From NCBI GenBank assembly GCA_963814115.1, contig CAWFBS010000014.1:20556-84555 (forward strand): a DNA stretch of 64,000 nucleotides. The letters are read 5' to 3'. The notes under the pieces are model-generated. The model was given only the letters and a program-made list of their open reading frames with translations, was not told the DNA's origin and did not search any database. Made by a program: the position numbers and the translations under genes. Within the stretch, counting starts at the first letter, position 1. Each line of letters begins with the position of its first letter. Positions 41,925-51,167 of this stretch are shown here, one piece after another. The DNA is from an uncultured Chloroflexia bacterium (lineage in GTDB: Bacteria; Chloroflexota; Limnocylindria; Limnocylindrales; CSP1-4).

Positions 41925-42623
41925 ATGACGTTCTCGCATCGCGCCTTCGTCGTGCGCCACACCCGCCTTCGACCGGTCCCCGGACTCGAGGAGATCCGCC
42001 TCCACCTGGCCGACGAGGTGCTGCCGGTCTGGCGAGCGATCCAGGTCGAGACGGCCGACGACGACGCGGACCTGCCCTACTGGGCAGTCGCGTGGGCGGG
42101 AGGCCTCGCGATCGCGCGGTATCTTCGGGAGCACCCAGAGGCCGTCGCCGGCCGCACAGTCTTCGACCTCGCATCCGGCTCCGGGTTGTGCGCGATCGCG
42201 GCGGTGCGCGCCGGCGCCTCGGTCGTGACCGGCGCGGACATCGATCCATTCGCCACCGCTGCGATCGAGCTCAATGCGCGCGCCAACGGCTGCCGCATCA
42301 CCGTCGTGCGCCGTGATGTGCTGGACGCGGGTCCGCCTGACGTCGATGTCGTGCTGGCTGGCGACACCTGGTACGACGTCCGGCTCGCGGACCGCGTCCT
42401 GCCATGGCTGCAGCGAGCCCGCAGTCGTGGGATTGACGTCTTGGTGGGCGACCCCGGCCGCCGCTACCTGCCGACCCGCGATCTGGTCGAGCTCGCCACC
42501 TATGACGTCGCAACGACGACGGATCTCGAGGATCTCGAGCACAGGCAGGGCCGGGTCTATGCGGTGCGTCCGATGGACGACGGCCCGGACCCAAGCCCGC
42601 CTCACATCGCGAGACGCGGGTAG
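41925..42623 (+). CDS. class I SAM-dependent methyltransferase (protein methyltransferase-like)
   Basis: SAM motif I VFDLASGSGLCAIAA and motif post-I VVTGADID. Size and pattern resemble the small Nnt1/PrmA-like protein methyltransferases. Confidence 0.6.
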   Translation: MTFSHRAFVVRHTRLRPVPGLEEIRLHLADEVLPVWRAIQVETADDDADLPYWAVAWAGGLAIARYLREHPEAVAGRTVFDLASGSGLCAIAAVRAGASVVTGADIDPFATAAIELNARANGCRITVVRRDVLDAGPPDVDVVLAGDTWYDVRLADRVLPWLQRARSRGIDVLVGDPGRRYLPTRDLVELATYDVATTTDLEDLEHRQGRVYAVRPMDDGPDPSPPHIARRG

Positions 42624-42964
42624 AGACGGGCTGCGATGGCCAGCAGCACGACGAGCGTGAACGCGAGCACGCCGATGTCCAGCGCGATCGAGAAGGTGGC
42701 TGTCCCACCCTCGACCATCAGCGCCCGCAGAGCGTCCACCTGGTAGGTGAGCGGGTTCACGTGGGCAAGCACCTGGAGCCATGAGGGCATGAGGGCGATC
42801 GGGTAGATCGCGCTGCTCGCGAAGAAGAGCGGCATCGTGAGGACCTGGCCGATGCCCATGAAGCGCTCCCGGGTCCGCACGAGGCAGGCGATGATCAGCG
42901 AGAACGTGGCGAACCCCGCGGCCCCGTCGACCCGGGAACCGATCTGTCCGCGGTGGCAAACCAC
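42602..42964 (-). pseudogene. remnant of an ABC-2 type transporter permease gene (C-terminal ~115 aa only)
   Basis: …MPLFFASSAIYPIALMPSWLQVLAHVNPLTYQVDALRALMV… is a typical ABC-2 permease C-terminus. No N-terminal half and no cognate ATPase gene. Confidence 0.55.
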
Positions 42965-43245
42965 GTTGGGACGTCGCTGCCAGCTGCCTCCGAGCTCGTG
43001 GCTCGCCTGTGCGCCAGCAGCTGGTGGTGCGCGAGACGGATCCGGAATCGCGTCGGCGCATCCGGCTCACGCTCAGCCCATCGGGCCGCGCCGACCTCGA
43101 GGCAGCCGAGCAGCGGACGACGGAGTGGCTCGTCCGCGTCCTCGGTGGCCTCGGTGGAGCTCAGCTCGCGAGCCTCGCAGCCGGGCTCCGCGATCTTCGG
43201 GCGACGGTGGCGACCGAATCCGGAACGCACGTCGATCGCGGCTAG
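42953..43245 (+). pseudogene. remnant of a MarR-family regulator gene (frameshifted and internally deleted)
   Basis: Frame A gives …LPAASELVARL. Frame B (GTG 43009) gives VRQQLVVRETDPESRRRIRLTLSPSGRADLEAAEQR…, the MarR wing/dimerisation region. The HTH recognition helix is missing. It abuts the permease remnant head-to-head. Confidence 0.5.
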
Positions 43246-44273
43246 CGCGTCAGCGTCACCTTGTGGAGATGGTGGGGCGTCTCCGGGTCGCGCCCGCGCG
43301 CGAGCGCGAGATGGTAGGCGAACAGCTGGCACGGCAGGATCGCCGCGATCGGTGCGAGCCACTCCGGCACATCGTCGGGAAGCGCCAGCGACCCGCTTCC
43401 GAGGGCGCGCGCGGCTACGGTGTCCGACACGACCAGCAGTTCCGCGCCGTCGGCGGCGAGGCGGCCGAGCAGCGTCATCATCCCGGAAAGAGCGGGCCCG
43501 CTCGAAACGACCGCCAGGACCGGCATGCCCGGCTCGATCAGCGCGATGGGACCGTGCTCGTAGTCGGCGGCCGAGTATGGGTCTGCGAAGACGCCGGCGA
43601 CTTCCTTGAGCTTGAGGGCCCACTCGCGCGCGGTCGCATACTGGAAACCCCGAGCGAGGACGACGCAGGCGGGAGCTGGCGCCAGCCGTCTCGCGAGGCC
43701 GACGATCGATGGCTCCAGATCGAGCATCCCGGCCAGCGCCGCGGGAAGCCGGCCGAACGCGGGGTCCCGATCGCCGCCGCGCAGCGCCTCCGAGAGCAGC
43801 GCCACGACCGCAAGCTCGGCGACGTAGGTCTTGGTTGCCGCGACGGCCAGCTCCGGCCCGGCCTCCAGCGGCACGACGACGTCGGCTGCACCGGCCAGCG
43901 GCGATCCAGGGTCGTTCGAGATCGCGAGCGTCAGGGCGCCCTGCCGGCGCGCGTCGTCGAGAACCGCGACGATATCCGGTGAGCGGCCGGACTGGCTCAT
44001 CCCGATCACCAGCGCGTCCCTGATGCGGGGTGGCGTCCCGTAGAGCGACGACAGTGACGGCGTCGCCAGCCCGACCGGGAGGCCGGCCCGGGCGCCCAGG
44101 ACGTATTGCGCGTACGTGGCGGCGTGGTCGGACGTGCCTCGTGCTGCGACCAGGACGAACCGGGTCCCGCGGCGGCGGACCTCGCCGGCGAGGAGCGCCA
44201 GCGGCGCCCGTGCGCTCACGAGCAGGCCGTCCACGACCGCAGGCGACTCGGCGAGCTCCTGGCGCATCGTCAT
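43242..44273 (-). CDS. SIS (sugar isomerase) two-domain protein, GlmS-C-terminal/AgaS/FrlB-like
   Basis: Two SIS-like segments (…LVAARGTSDHAATYAQYVLG…VIGMSQSGRSPDIV… and …CVVLARGFQYATAREWALKLKE…). Confidence 0.65.
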   Translation of the reverse strand: MTMRQELAESPAVVDGLLVSARAPLALLAGEVRRRGTRFVLVAARGTSDHAATYAQYVLGARAGLPVGLATPSLSSLYGTPPRIRDALVIGMSQSGRSPDIVAVLDDARRQGALTLAISNDPGSPLAGAADVVVPLEAGPELAVAATKTYVAELAVVALLSEALRGGDRDPAFGRLPAALAGMLDLEPSIVGLARRLAPAPACVVLARGFQYATAREWALKLKEVAGVFADPYSAADYEHGPIALIEPGMPVLAVVSSGPALSGMMTLLGRLAADGAELLVVSDTVAARALGSGSLALPDDVPEWLAPIAAILPCQLFAYHLALARGRDPETPHHLHKVTLTR

Positions 44274-46195
44274 GGCCGCAGATCAGCCGGCGGGGGCGGC
44301 GGCGTGGTCGGCGGCGTGGTCGGCGGCGTGGTCGGCGTCGGTCTCGGTGTCGGGGTCGGGGTCGGGGTTGGGGTCGCACCGCTCCCGGACGCCGCCCGGC
44401 CGATGAGCGTGAGGCCGTTCACCCGAGCGTAGTTCGAGTTGAAGACATCGTGGTGGATCACGACCCCGGCCGCATCCGTAACTGTCCGGGTGACGCTCAC
44501 CCGCATCCCGATCGTGGGGTACTCGAGCCGCTTCGTGGTCCCCGGCGGGATGCTCGTCGTGTATTCGGTGGTCTCCACGCCGGGGTTGCGGTTCGTCACG
44601 ATCGGCTGCGAGAACGTGACCTGGCGTCCGGTCGGGACGCTAAACAGGGAGAACTTGACCGCTCCGGCCAGCGTGTACCCGCGGATGAGGATCGGGTACG
44701 GCGTGTCGTTTCGGAAGGACATGGTGGTGACGGATCCGGAGTCGCTCTCGAAAACTGTTGCGTCCAGGCCCAGCGGGTAGCGGTCGATGTAGTAGTAGTG
44801 GTTCACGCGGGACAGGATCTCCAGCCCGGCTCGCGCGGCCGCGTTGAACAGGGTCGTCGAGCAGGAGCAGATCCCGCCGGCCAACGCCCCCGTTGGCTCC
44901 GACTTGCCGTTGATGATCGCGCCGCCGGGCAGGTACCCGGTGGCCGCGCTGACCACGCCGATCGCCTGCCAGAAGTCGAACACCGCGCCGGGTGCGACGA
45001 CGTACCCGTCGATGGTGCGGGTCGGGATCGTGATGTTCGCCCCGTACCCGTTGCTGGGACCGGGCTGGTAGTACGTCGTCCAGGTGGAGATCTGCTTCAT
45101 GAGCGGGGCGGTCAGCTGCGCCTGGGCGGTGGTCAGCTTCGGGGCCACGGTCGTAAGCGCCAGCGACACGGGTGGGGGCAACGCCGGAGCGGCAACTGCG
45201 GCCCGGGCGAGGACGGCCTGCGCCACGAGCGCGCTCGTGGCGGCAACGTCGAGGGTCCGCCCGTCCTTGCCCGCCACGACGCCGACGACGGTCTCATTGC
45301 GGCCCATCAGGAAGCTCGCGTCGGTCGGATCACGGTTGATGACCTTGGCCAGCGCGGTGAGCGCGGGGGCTGCCGCATCCTGCGCGACGAACGGCACGTA
45401 CCGACCGTCGGGGGTGGCCGCGAACGAGATCCAGCTCCCCACGGTGGACCCGGGGATGGTCCAGGTTTCCTTGCCATCCGTGAGGGTCACGTCCCGCGCC
45501 ATCAGCGCCGCACTCCCGAGCGCCGTGGACACCGCCGCATCGGTGACCGCCGGCTGTTGGGGGACGAGCGTGCCGGTGAGCTCGATCTGCTCGGGTGCAG
45601 CAGGGTCCGAGAGGCGGCGCACGATCTCGTCGACCAGCTCGGGTTGCGCAAGACCGATTCCTGGTGCCGCGGGCGTCGTGCGGAAGCCCGTTGCGGTCCA
45701 GTGGGCCGTTGCGTTCACGGGCGCCACATCGATCTGGGACGCGGCGGCCTGAATGGCCCGGGCAGTGGCGGCCGAGTCGACGGTCACGCGTGGCGCGATG
45801 TCCGCCCCGTTCACGAGCGTCCGAACGTCATCGGCCGCGTTGCCCATCGGGTCGCCGAAGCGGCCGACGGCGAAAGCCTCGTCCAGGAGCGCCTCGATGT
45901 CGACGCTCCGTCCGAGCTCGGCATCGGACAGCTCGACGGTGTGGTGGCCTGCCGTGATGACGACGCTTCCCGCACCGTAGCTCGCGAGCGCGGTGGCCAG
46001 GAGCGCACGGGCGGCGTCGCGATCCAGCCCGGCCACGTCCACGCCGGCCACGCGGACACCGGGGTAGATTCGGTCCGTGTACCGGCCCTGGTAGGCGAAC
46101 AGCGCGCCGGACCCAACTGACGAGGCCAGCACGAAGCCGACAATCACCGCGAACAGGATTCGGGCGACGGGCAGGCGGCGGGGCGTGGCGGACAT
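44270..46195 (-). CDS. VanW-domain protein with N-terminal TM anchor and Pro/Thr-rich C-terminal tail
   Basis: 641 aa. VanW-like core (…GGICSCSTTLFNAAARAGLEILSRVNHYYYIDRYPLGLDATV…). Upstream repeated G5-like segments. C-terminal (PTTP)n is encoded by a 12-bp tandem repeat at 44293-44340. Confidence 0.7.
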   Translation of the reverse strand: MSATPRRLPVARILFAVIVGFVLASSVGSGALFAYQGRYTDRIYPGVRVAGVDVAGLDRDAARALLATALASYGAGSVVITAGHHTVELSDAELGRSVDIEALLDEAFAVGRFGDPMGNAADDVRTLVNGADIAPRVTVDSAATARAIQAAASQIDVAPVNATAHWTATGFRTTPAAPGIGLAQPELVDEIVRRLSDPAAPEQIELTGTLVPQQPAVTDAAVSTALGSAALMARDVTLTDGKETWTIPGSTVGSWISFAATPDGRYVPFVAQDAAAPALTALAKVINRDPTDASFLMGRNETVVGVVAGKDGRTLDVAATSALVAQAVLARAAVAAPALPPPVSLALTTVAPKLTTAQAQLTAPLMKQISTWTTYYQPGPSNGYGANITIPTRTIDGYVVAPGAVFDFWQAIGVVSAATGYLPGGAIINGKSEPTGALAGGICSCSTTLFNAAARAGLEILSRVNHYYYIDRYPLGLDATVFESDSGSVTTMSFRNDTPYPILIRGYTLAGAVKFSLFSVPTGRQVTFSQPIVTNRNPGVETTEYTTSIPPGTTKRLEYPTIGMRVSVTRTVTDAAGVVIHHDVFNSNYARVNGLTLIGRAASGSGATPTPTPTPTPRPTPTTPPTTPPTTPPPPPADLRP

Positions 46196-46320
46196 ATCGC
46201 GTGCTCGATGCGGACGGGTCGGGGCGCGAATCTTACAGGGTGGCGACGAAAGGGAGCACGAACCAGTTCCGCGCTCGACGAGCCGGGTTCGTCACCGGCT
46301 CCGGCGCCGGATGCGAGCGG

Positions 46321-47406
46321 TCAGGACGCGGCGACCGACTTCGGCACGACGACCACTCGGCGGTTCGGCTCCTCACCGATGGACTGGGTGCCCACGGCAG
46401 GGTGGTTGCGCAGCGCCAGGTGGATCCAGCGCCGCTCGAGGGCCGGCATCGGCTCCAGCTGGAGCATCTTCCCGGTCTCGACCACCCGCGCAGCGGCCCG
46501 GTCCGCGATCTCCCGGAGCTGCTGCTCGCGGCGACCGCGATAGCCCTCGACATCGACCAGGACCCGGGTCCACTCGCCCATCTCACGCGACAGCATGAGG
46601 TTGACGATGTGCTGGAGCGCGGAGAGCCGTTCGCCCTTCCGGCCGATCAGCGCGCCGAGCGCCTCGTGCTCGTCGTCGTCGGCCCCGACCACGTTGAGGC
46701 GGTTCGTCTCGCCCGTCTCGATGTTGACGGCGACGGTGAACCCCATGTGCTGCATCAGCTGCTCGAGGAGTCGCTTCCCGGCATCGAGCGCCGCCGGCGA
46801 CGCCTCGGCGGCCTGGAGCTCTTCGCGTTCCCGCACGAGGGAGCGGGCCGTCTGGACCTCGTCTGCTTCGCTGGACGAGACCGGCGAGGCGCCCGGACGA
46901 TCACCCGACCGGCGCGGGGGCCGGTCGTCGCGGCGCGGGCCGCGCTCGTCCCGGCGCGGGGGCCGCTCGTCGCGGCGCGGGCCGCGCTCGTCCCGGCCGG
47001 GTCCTTCGGAACGCGGCGCCTCGGAGCGTGCGGTGTCGCTGCGCTGGGTCTCCGGGCGAGGCATGGCGGGCCGATCCGGCCGCTCGTCGCGGCGCGGACC
47101 GCGATCCTCGCGGCGCGCTGGCCGGTCGTCGGTGCGCGGCGGACGATCGTCGCGGCGCGGCCCATGGTCCGCCGGTGCCGGGAGCGGTCTCGCCGCCGCC
47201 GCTTCGCGCTTGGGGGCAGCGCCCCCGAGCGCCGCGCGCGGAGCCGCGACGATGCGCGCAGGTTCGGCGCCCATCCCCAGGACCCCACGGCTGCCCGGGG
47301 TCAGGATCTCGAAGTCGAGCTCGTCCAGGCCGACGCCGAACTCCTCTCGAGCCTGACGCAGGGCCTCTTCGACGGACTTGCCGGTGAACTCTTGGTACGC
47401 ACTCAT
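46321..47406 (-). CDS. jag: Jag/KhpB RNA-binding protein (Jag_N + KH + R3H) with repeat-rich linker
   Basis: N-terminal MSAYQEFTGKSVEEALRQAREEFGV… matches Jag_N, and the C-terminal KH/R3H region is …TGKMLQLEPMPALERRWIHLALRNHPAVGTQSIGEEPNRRVVV…. The central linker of RRDERGP heptads is encoded by 21-bp tandem repeats. Confidence 0.85.
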   Translation of the reverse strand: MSAYQEFTGKSVEEALRQAREEFGVGLDELDFEILTPGSRGVLGMGAEPARIVAAPRAALGGAAPKREAAAARPLPAPADHGPRRDDRPPRTDDRPARREDRGPRRDERPDRPAMPRPETQRSDTARSEAPRSEGPGRDERGPRRDERPPRRDERGPRRDDRPPRRSGDRPGASPVSSSEADEVQTARSLVREREELQAAEASPAALDAGKRLLEQLMQHMGFTVAVNIETGETNRLNVVGADDDEHEALGALIGRKGERLSALQHIVNLMLSREMGEWTRVLVDVEGYRGRREQQLREIADRAAARVVETGKMLQLEPMPALERRWIHLALRNHPAVGTQSIGEEPNRRVVVVPKSVAAS

Positions 47407-47408
47407 GC

Positions 47409-48614
47409 TCAGCGCTTTCTCCCTCGACGGCCCTGACGGCCTCGTTCTCGCGGCCGCACGGTGGCCGCCGCGGAAGCAGAGCGGGCGGCAGGGGTGCGGT
47501 CGGTGGGCGGCCGGGCGGTTGCCGGCTTGGGTGTGGTGCCCGGCGTCCCCCCGCTCCCGGCCCTGGGTTCCTCCACGGGGAACCGCGGCCGGTGATCACG
47601 GGCGAAGCCCGGCGAGTAACCGAACAATGGGAACATGGAGCCCCAGCCGACGATGAGGTACTGCTGGGCGATCCCGAAGACCGTGGTGACGATCCAGTAG
47701 ATGAACAGGCCCGCGGGCAGGAACCCGCCGTAGGCGAGCGAGATCAAGGGAAGGAACAGGACGAGCTGGCGCTGGACCTTCGAGTTCTGATCGCTGAAGG
47801 CGGAAGTGGACGGGGGCATCGTCATCCGGCTCTGGACCAGCTGGAGGACCGCGGATGCCGCGGCCAGGACACTGAACCAGCTCAGGAGCGGGATCTTCGG
47901 GAAGAGAACCGAGACTTTCGAGACGTCCAGGTTGCCGAGCCACGCGACGTTCGTGTTGATGCAGGGCGCGTACGCGTCATAGGCGGCCGTGCCCAGATGG
48001 TTGACGCAGGAATAGTCAACCAGGTGCAGCCCGAAGAAGTTGAACATCGCGCTGGGGTTGGGGTTGGTGAGGCCCTGGCTGATGACCGTGTAGATGATCA
48101 TGAGCAGGGGGAGCTGGAGGAGCATGGGGAGGCAGCCGGAGGCCGGGTTGACGCCGCGCTCCTTGTACAGCTCCATCTGGGCCTGGCTGAACTTCGTTCG
48201 GTCGCCCTTGTAGCGCTTCTGAAGCTCCCTGATCTCCGGTTGGATCAGCTGCATTCGCTTCGTCGAGACGATCTGGCGCCGGAACAGCGGGATCAGCGCG
48301 GTCCGCACGATCAGCGTCATCAGGATGATTGCGATCCCGATGTCACCGGTGAGCTTCTGCAGCCAGATCAGCAAGATGTAGAGCAGCTGGAAGATCGGGT
48401 TGAAGACAAAGGCCAGGAGCGAGACGGGGTCCGCCCCCGGCTGGGCCGGGGTGAGTGGCGGATGCGGGGCCGCCGTCACCACGCCGCCGCTGCCGGCGGG
48501 GACGATCCCGGTCGTGCTGCAGGCGGAGACCACGAGCGCCAGTGCGACGAGCAGGAGCAGTGGAAGCAGCAGCTCGCGGCGCGGGCGGGGGAACGACACC
48601 TGGAGCTGCCTCAT
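47409..48614 (-). CDS. yidC: membrane protein insertase YidC (Gram-positive short type, lipoprotein signal)
   Basis: Lipobox LVVSACS and the YidC core (…IAIILMTLIVRTALIPL…QPEIRELQKRYKGD…GCLPMLLQLP…). Confidence 0.9.
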   Translation of the reverse strand: MRQLQVSFPRPRRELLLPLLLLVALALVVSACSTTGIVPAGSGGVVTAAPHPPLTPAQPGADPVSLLAFVFNPIFQLLYILLIWLQKLTGDIGIAIILMTLIVRTALIPLFRRQIVSTKRMQLIQPEIRELQKRYKGDRTKFSQAQMELYKERGVNPASGCLPMLLQLPLLMIIYTVISQGLTNPNPSAMFNFFGLHLVDYSCVNHLGTAAYDAYAPCINTNVAWLGNLDVSKVSVLFPKIPLLSWFSVLAAASAVLQLVQSRMTMPPSTSAFSDQNSKVQRQLVLFLPLISLAYGGFLPAGLFIYWIVTTVFGIAQQYLIVGWGSMFPLFGYSPGFARDHRPRFPVEEPRAGSGGTPGTTPKPATARPPTDRTPAARSASAAATVRPRERGRQGRRGRKR

Positions 48615-48821
48615 CTAGCGGACCGGGTCATAGCCGCCCGGGTTCCATGGATGGCACCGGGCAATGCGCCGTGCGCCCATCCAGCCTCCGCGGATGAGGC
48701 CGTACTTCTGGATGGCCTGCTCCGTGTAGTGCGAGCAGGTGGGGTAGAAGCGGCAGCTCGATGGGAGCCACGCGAACACGATTCGGTAGAGCCGGATGAG
48801 CCCGATCCCGATCCGCTTCAC
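48615..48821 (-). CDS. yidD: membrane protein insertion efficiency factor YidD
   Basis: 68 aa [33 protein letters not shown]… is canonical YidD. Confidence 0.9.
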   Translation of the reverse strand: MKRIGIGLIRLYRIVFAWLPSSCRFYPTCSHYTEQAIQKYGLIRGGWMGARRIARCHPWNPGGYDPVR

Positions 48822-49153
48822 GAGGACGTCGATCCTCCCAGGACCCCTCCGCGCCGGAGGAGCCGTTCCAGTATGTCGACGAGCGCCCGGTGGTCCGCCG
48901 CCACGAGCGCCGGTCGGGCGATGATGAGCACGTCCCAGCCCGGCTGGAGCGAGGGCGCCATCGCCCTGAGCGCCTCCCGGATCCGTCGCCGTGTGCGGTT
49001 CCTGACCACGGCGCCCCCGAGGGTCCGGCCGGTCGCGAAGCCGAAGCGGACTTCGTCGCGATCGGTTCGGCGGAAGCGGATCGTCATCAGTGGGTGAGAC
49101 CTGGTGGTCCTGGACGCCTGGAGCGCCGTGAAGTCCGCCGGGCGGGTGAGCAT
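48818..49153 (-). CDS. rnpA: ribonuclease P protein component
   Basis: [12 protein letters not shown]… and an RNR-rich RNA-binding region. It lies between rpmH and yidD. Its start is uncertain and may extend upstream. The remainder of track ORF 48818..49534 is artefact. Confidence 0.8.
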   Translation of the reverse strand: MLTRPADFTALQASRTTRSHPLMTIRFRRTDRDEVRFGFATGRTLGGAVVRNRTRRRIREALRAMAPSLQPGWDVLIIARPALVAADHRALVDILERLLRRGGVLGGSTSS

Positions 49154-49188
49154 GGCGAGCCTGCGCTGGTCGCGGCCCGATGTCGGCG

Positions 49189-49323
49189 TCAGGCCGTCAG
49201 CTGCTTCCTGCCTCGTGCGCGGCGAGCGGCGAGCACCCGACGGCCCCCGGGGGTCTTCATCCGGGCGCGGAAGCCGTGCTCCTTTGCGCGATGGCGCTTC
49301 TTCGGCTGGTAGGTCTGCTTCAT
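49189..49323 (-). CDS. rpmH: 50S ribosomal protein L34
   Basis: Reverse translation gives [44 protein letters not shown] (44 aa). It is absent from the ORF track because it is under 60 aa. Confidence 0.9.
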   Translation of the reverse strand: MKQTYQPKKRHRAKEHGFRARMKTPGGRRVLAARRARGRKQLTA

Positions 49324-49707
49324 CGGGTGTCGTGGTCCTCAACCGTCCGGCCCCAGGGGTTTCGGTCGTTTCGTCCCCAGAAGGCACGTAAACGCGCCGC
49401 ACGCACGGAGGCGCGGGGCGCGTCAACGCCGGGCGATTATAGGAAGGTGCCATTCGGGGTGTCAAACGACGACGCGGCCGGGGCGCACCGAAGCCGACCC
49501 GGCCCCGCTCTGGCGCGACCCGGCCAGCGACCACTCATATACTCCCTGGGGGTATGTGCTTTTGGGTGCCGGATTGCCTTGCGGGGCCGGTCCGGGCGGT
49601 GCTACGATGCGTCGGCCCACGGTCGCCGGGACGCCTGCGGGCAACCCCGGTGGAACCCCGGGGCCAGCCCAAGGAGCGCTCGCCCAGCCTGCTGGGGGCG
49701 TCTCCAT

Positions 49708-49744
49708 TTGTCGATTGTGCTTGTCCGTGCGCGGTTTGTCCTGC
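49708..49744 (+). promoter_or_regulatory. cluster of three degenerate DnaA-box-like 9-mers upstream of dnaA (TTGTCGATT, TTGTCCGTG, TTGTCCTGC)
   Basis: Compared to the actinobacterial consensus TTGTCCACA they carry 3, 2 and 3 mismatches respectively. A TATACT -10-like hexamer lies at 49535-49540. Confidence 0.35.
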
Positions 49745-49805
49745 CCGGAACCAGCCGCTGAGTATCTCCTCCGGGCCGAGCGCCCGGGCCAAGCAGGTCC
49801 GTCCG

Positions 49806-51167
49806 TTGGATACACGACACATCTGGCGCGCGGCCCTCGGAGAGCTCCAGGTCGCCCTCTCGCCGGCCAACTTCGAGACGTGGCTTCGGCATACGTCGCT
49901 GGTCGAGGTGGATGACACCCGGTTCCGGATCGCCGTTCCGAACGGGTTCGCAAAGGACTGGCTGGAGACCCGCTATCGCTCCCTGATCTCGCAGACGCTC
50001 GCCCGGATCGTGGGCTACAGCGTCGCGGTGGAGTTCATGGTGCGGCCAGACGCCGGCCTCGCCGAGCCGGGCACGGAAGGGGTCGCTGCGCCGCCGCCGG
50101 ACGTCCGGGTGGAGCCGACCAGGGTCGGCGGCGATGGCTCGTCGGCCAACGTCAACCCCCGCTACACCTTCTCGAACTTCATCGTCGGGTCGGCAAACCG
50201 GCTGGCCCACGCGGCCGCGCTCTCGGTAGCGGAGCGGCCGGGCCACGCCTACAACCCGCTCTTCCTGTACGGCGGCGTAGGCCTGGGCAAGACCCACCTG
50301 ATGCACGCGATCGGCAACGCGGTCGTGGCCCGCTTCCCGCGCAAACGCGTGGTCTACGCGACCAGCGAGAAGTTCACCAACGAGTTCATCACGAGCATCC
50401 AGCAGGGCCGAATCGACGACTTCCGGTCGCGCTACCGGCGAATCGACCTGCTCCTGATCGACGACATCCAGTTCATCGCCGACAAGGAGCGGACCCAGGA
50501 GGAGTTCTTCCACACGTTCAACGCCATCCACGAAGACGGCAAGCAGATCGTCCTCTCGTCGGATCGCCCGCCGAAGCAGATCGTCACGCTCGAGGAGCGG
50601 CTTCGGAGCCGGTTCGAGTGGGGCCTGATCGCGGACCTCACGGCGCCCGACCTGGAGACACGGATCGCCATCCTCCGGGCCAAGGCGGAGGATTCGGCCG
50701 TCCCGATCGGCTCGGATGTCATCGAGTTCATCGCGCGCAAAGTCGTCAGCAACATACGCGAGCTCGAGGGCGCGCTCAACCGGGTGGTGGCATACGCGAG
50801 CATGGGCGCCATGCCGATCACGATCGAGCTCGCCCAGGCGGTCCTCTCCAACGTCCTGTACAACCCCAAGAAGCGCCAGGTCACCACCGAGAAGATCGCC
50901 CGGGCGGTCGCCGACTATTACGGCGTCGGCCTCGAGGCCCTCCGCGGCCAGAAGCGCGACAAGGCGATCGTCACGCCCCGCCAGATCGCGATGTTCCTGA
51001 TGCGCGAGGAAACGGACGTCTCCCTGCTGCGCATCGGCGCAGAGCTGGGGGGTCGGGACCACTCGACCGTTCTCCACGCCTACGACAAGATCAACCGCGA
51101 GGCGGCCCTCAACGACGAGATGCGCAGGGATATCGCCGCTGTCCGCGAGATGATCTACGCGGACTGA
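49806..51167 (+). CDS. dnaA: chromosomal replication initiator protein DnaA
   Basis: Domain I (…IWRAALGELQVALSPANFETWL…), AAA+ Walker A GGVGLGKTHL, and the domain IV HTH (…RQIAMFLMREETDVSLLRIGAELGGRDHSTVLHA…). Start is uncertain (TTG 49806). The upstream portion of the track ORF from 49554 is likely non-coding. Confidence 0.9.
   Translation: MDTRHIWRAALGELQVALSPANFETWLRHTSLVEVDDTRFRIAVPNGFAKDWLETRYRSLISQTLARIVGYSVAVEFMVRPDAGLAEPGTEGVAAPPPDVRVEPTRVGGDGSSANVNPRYTFSNFIVGSANRLAHAAALSVAERPGHAYNPLFLYGGVGLGKTHLMHAIGNAVVARFPRKRVVYATSEKFTNEFITSIQQGRIDDFRSRYRRIDLLLIDDIQFIADKERTQEEFFHTFNAIHEDGKQIVLSSDRPPKQIVTLEERLRSRFEWGLIADLTAPDLETRIAILRAKAEDSAVPIGSDVIEFIARKVVSNIRELEGALNRVVAYASMGAMPITIELAQAVLSNVLYNPKKRQVTTEKIARAVADYYGVGLEALRGQKRDKAIVTPRQIAMFLMREETDVSLLRIGAELGGRDHSTVLHAYDKINREAALNDEMRRDIAAVREMIYAD

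Noticed and set aside
40893-43245. Intact genomic island or integrase at the tmRNA 3' end
   Set aside because: No integrase or recombinase ORF and no clear direct repeat of the tmRNA 3' end were found. Only gene remnants and a tandem repeat are present.
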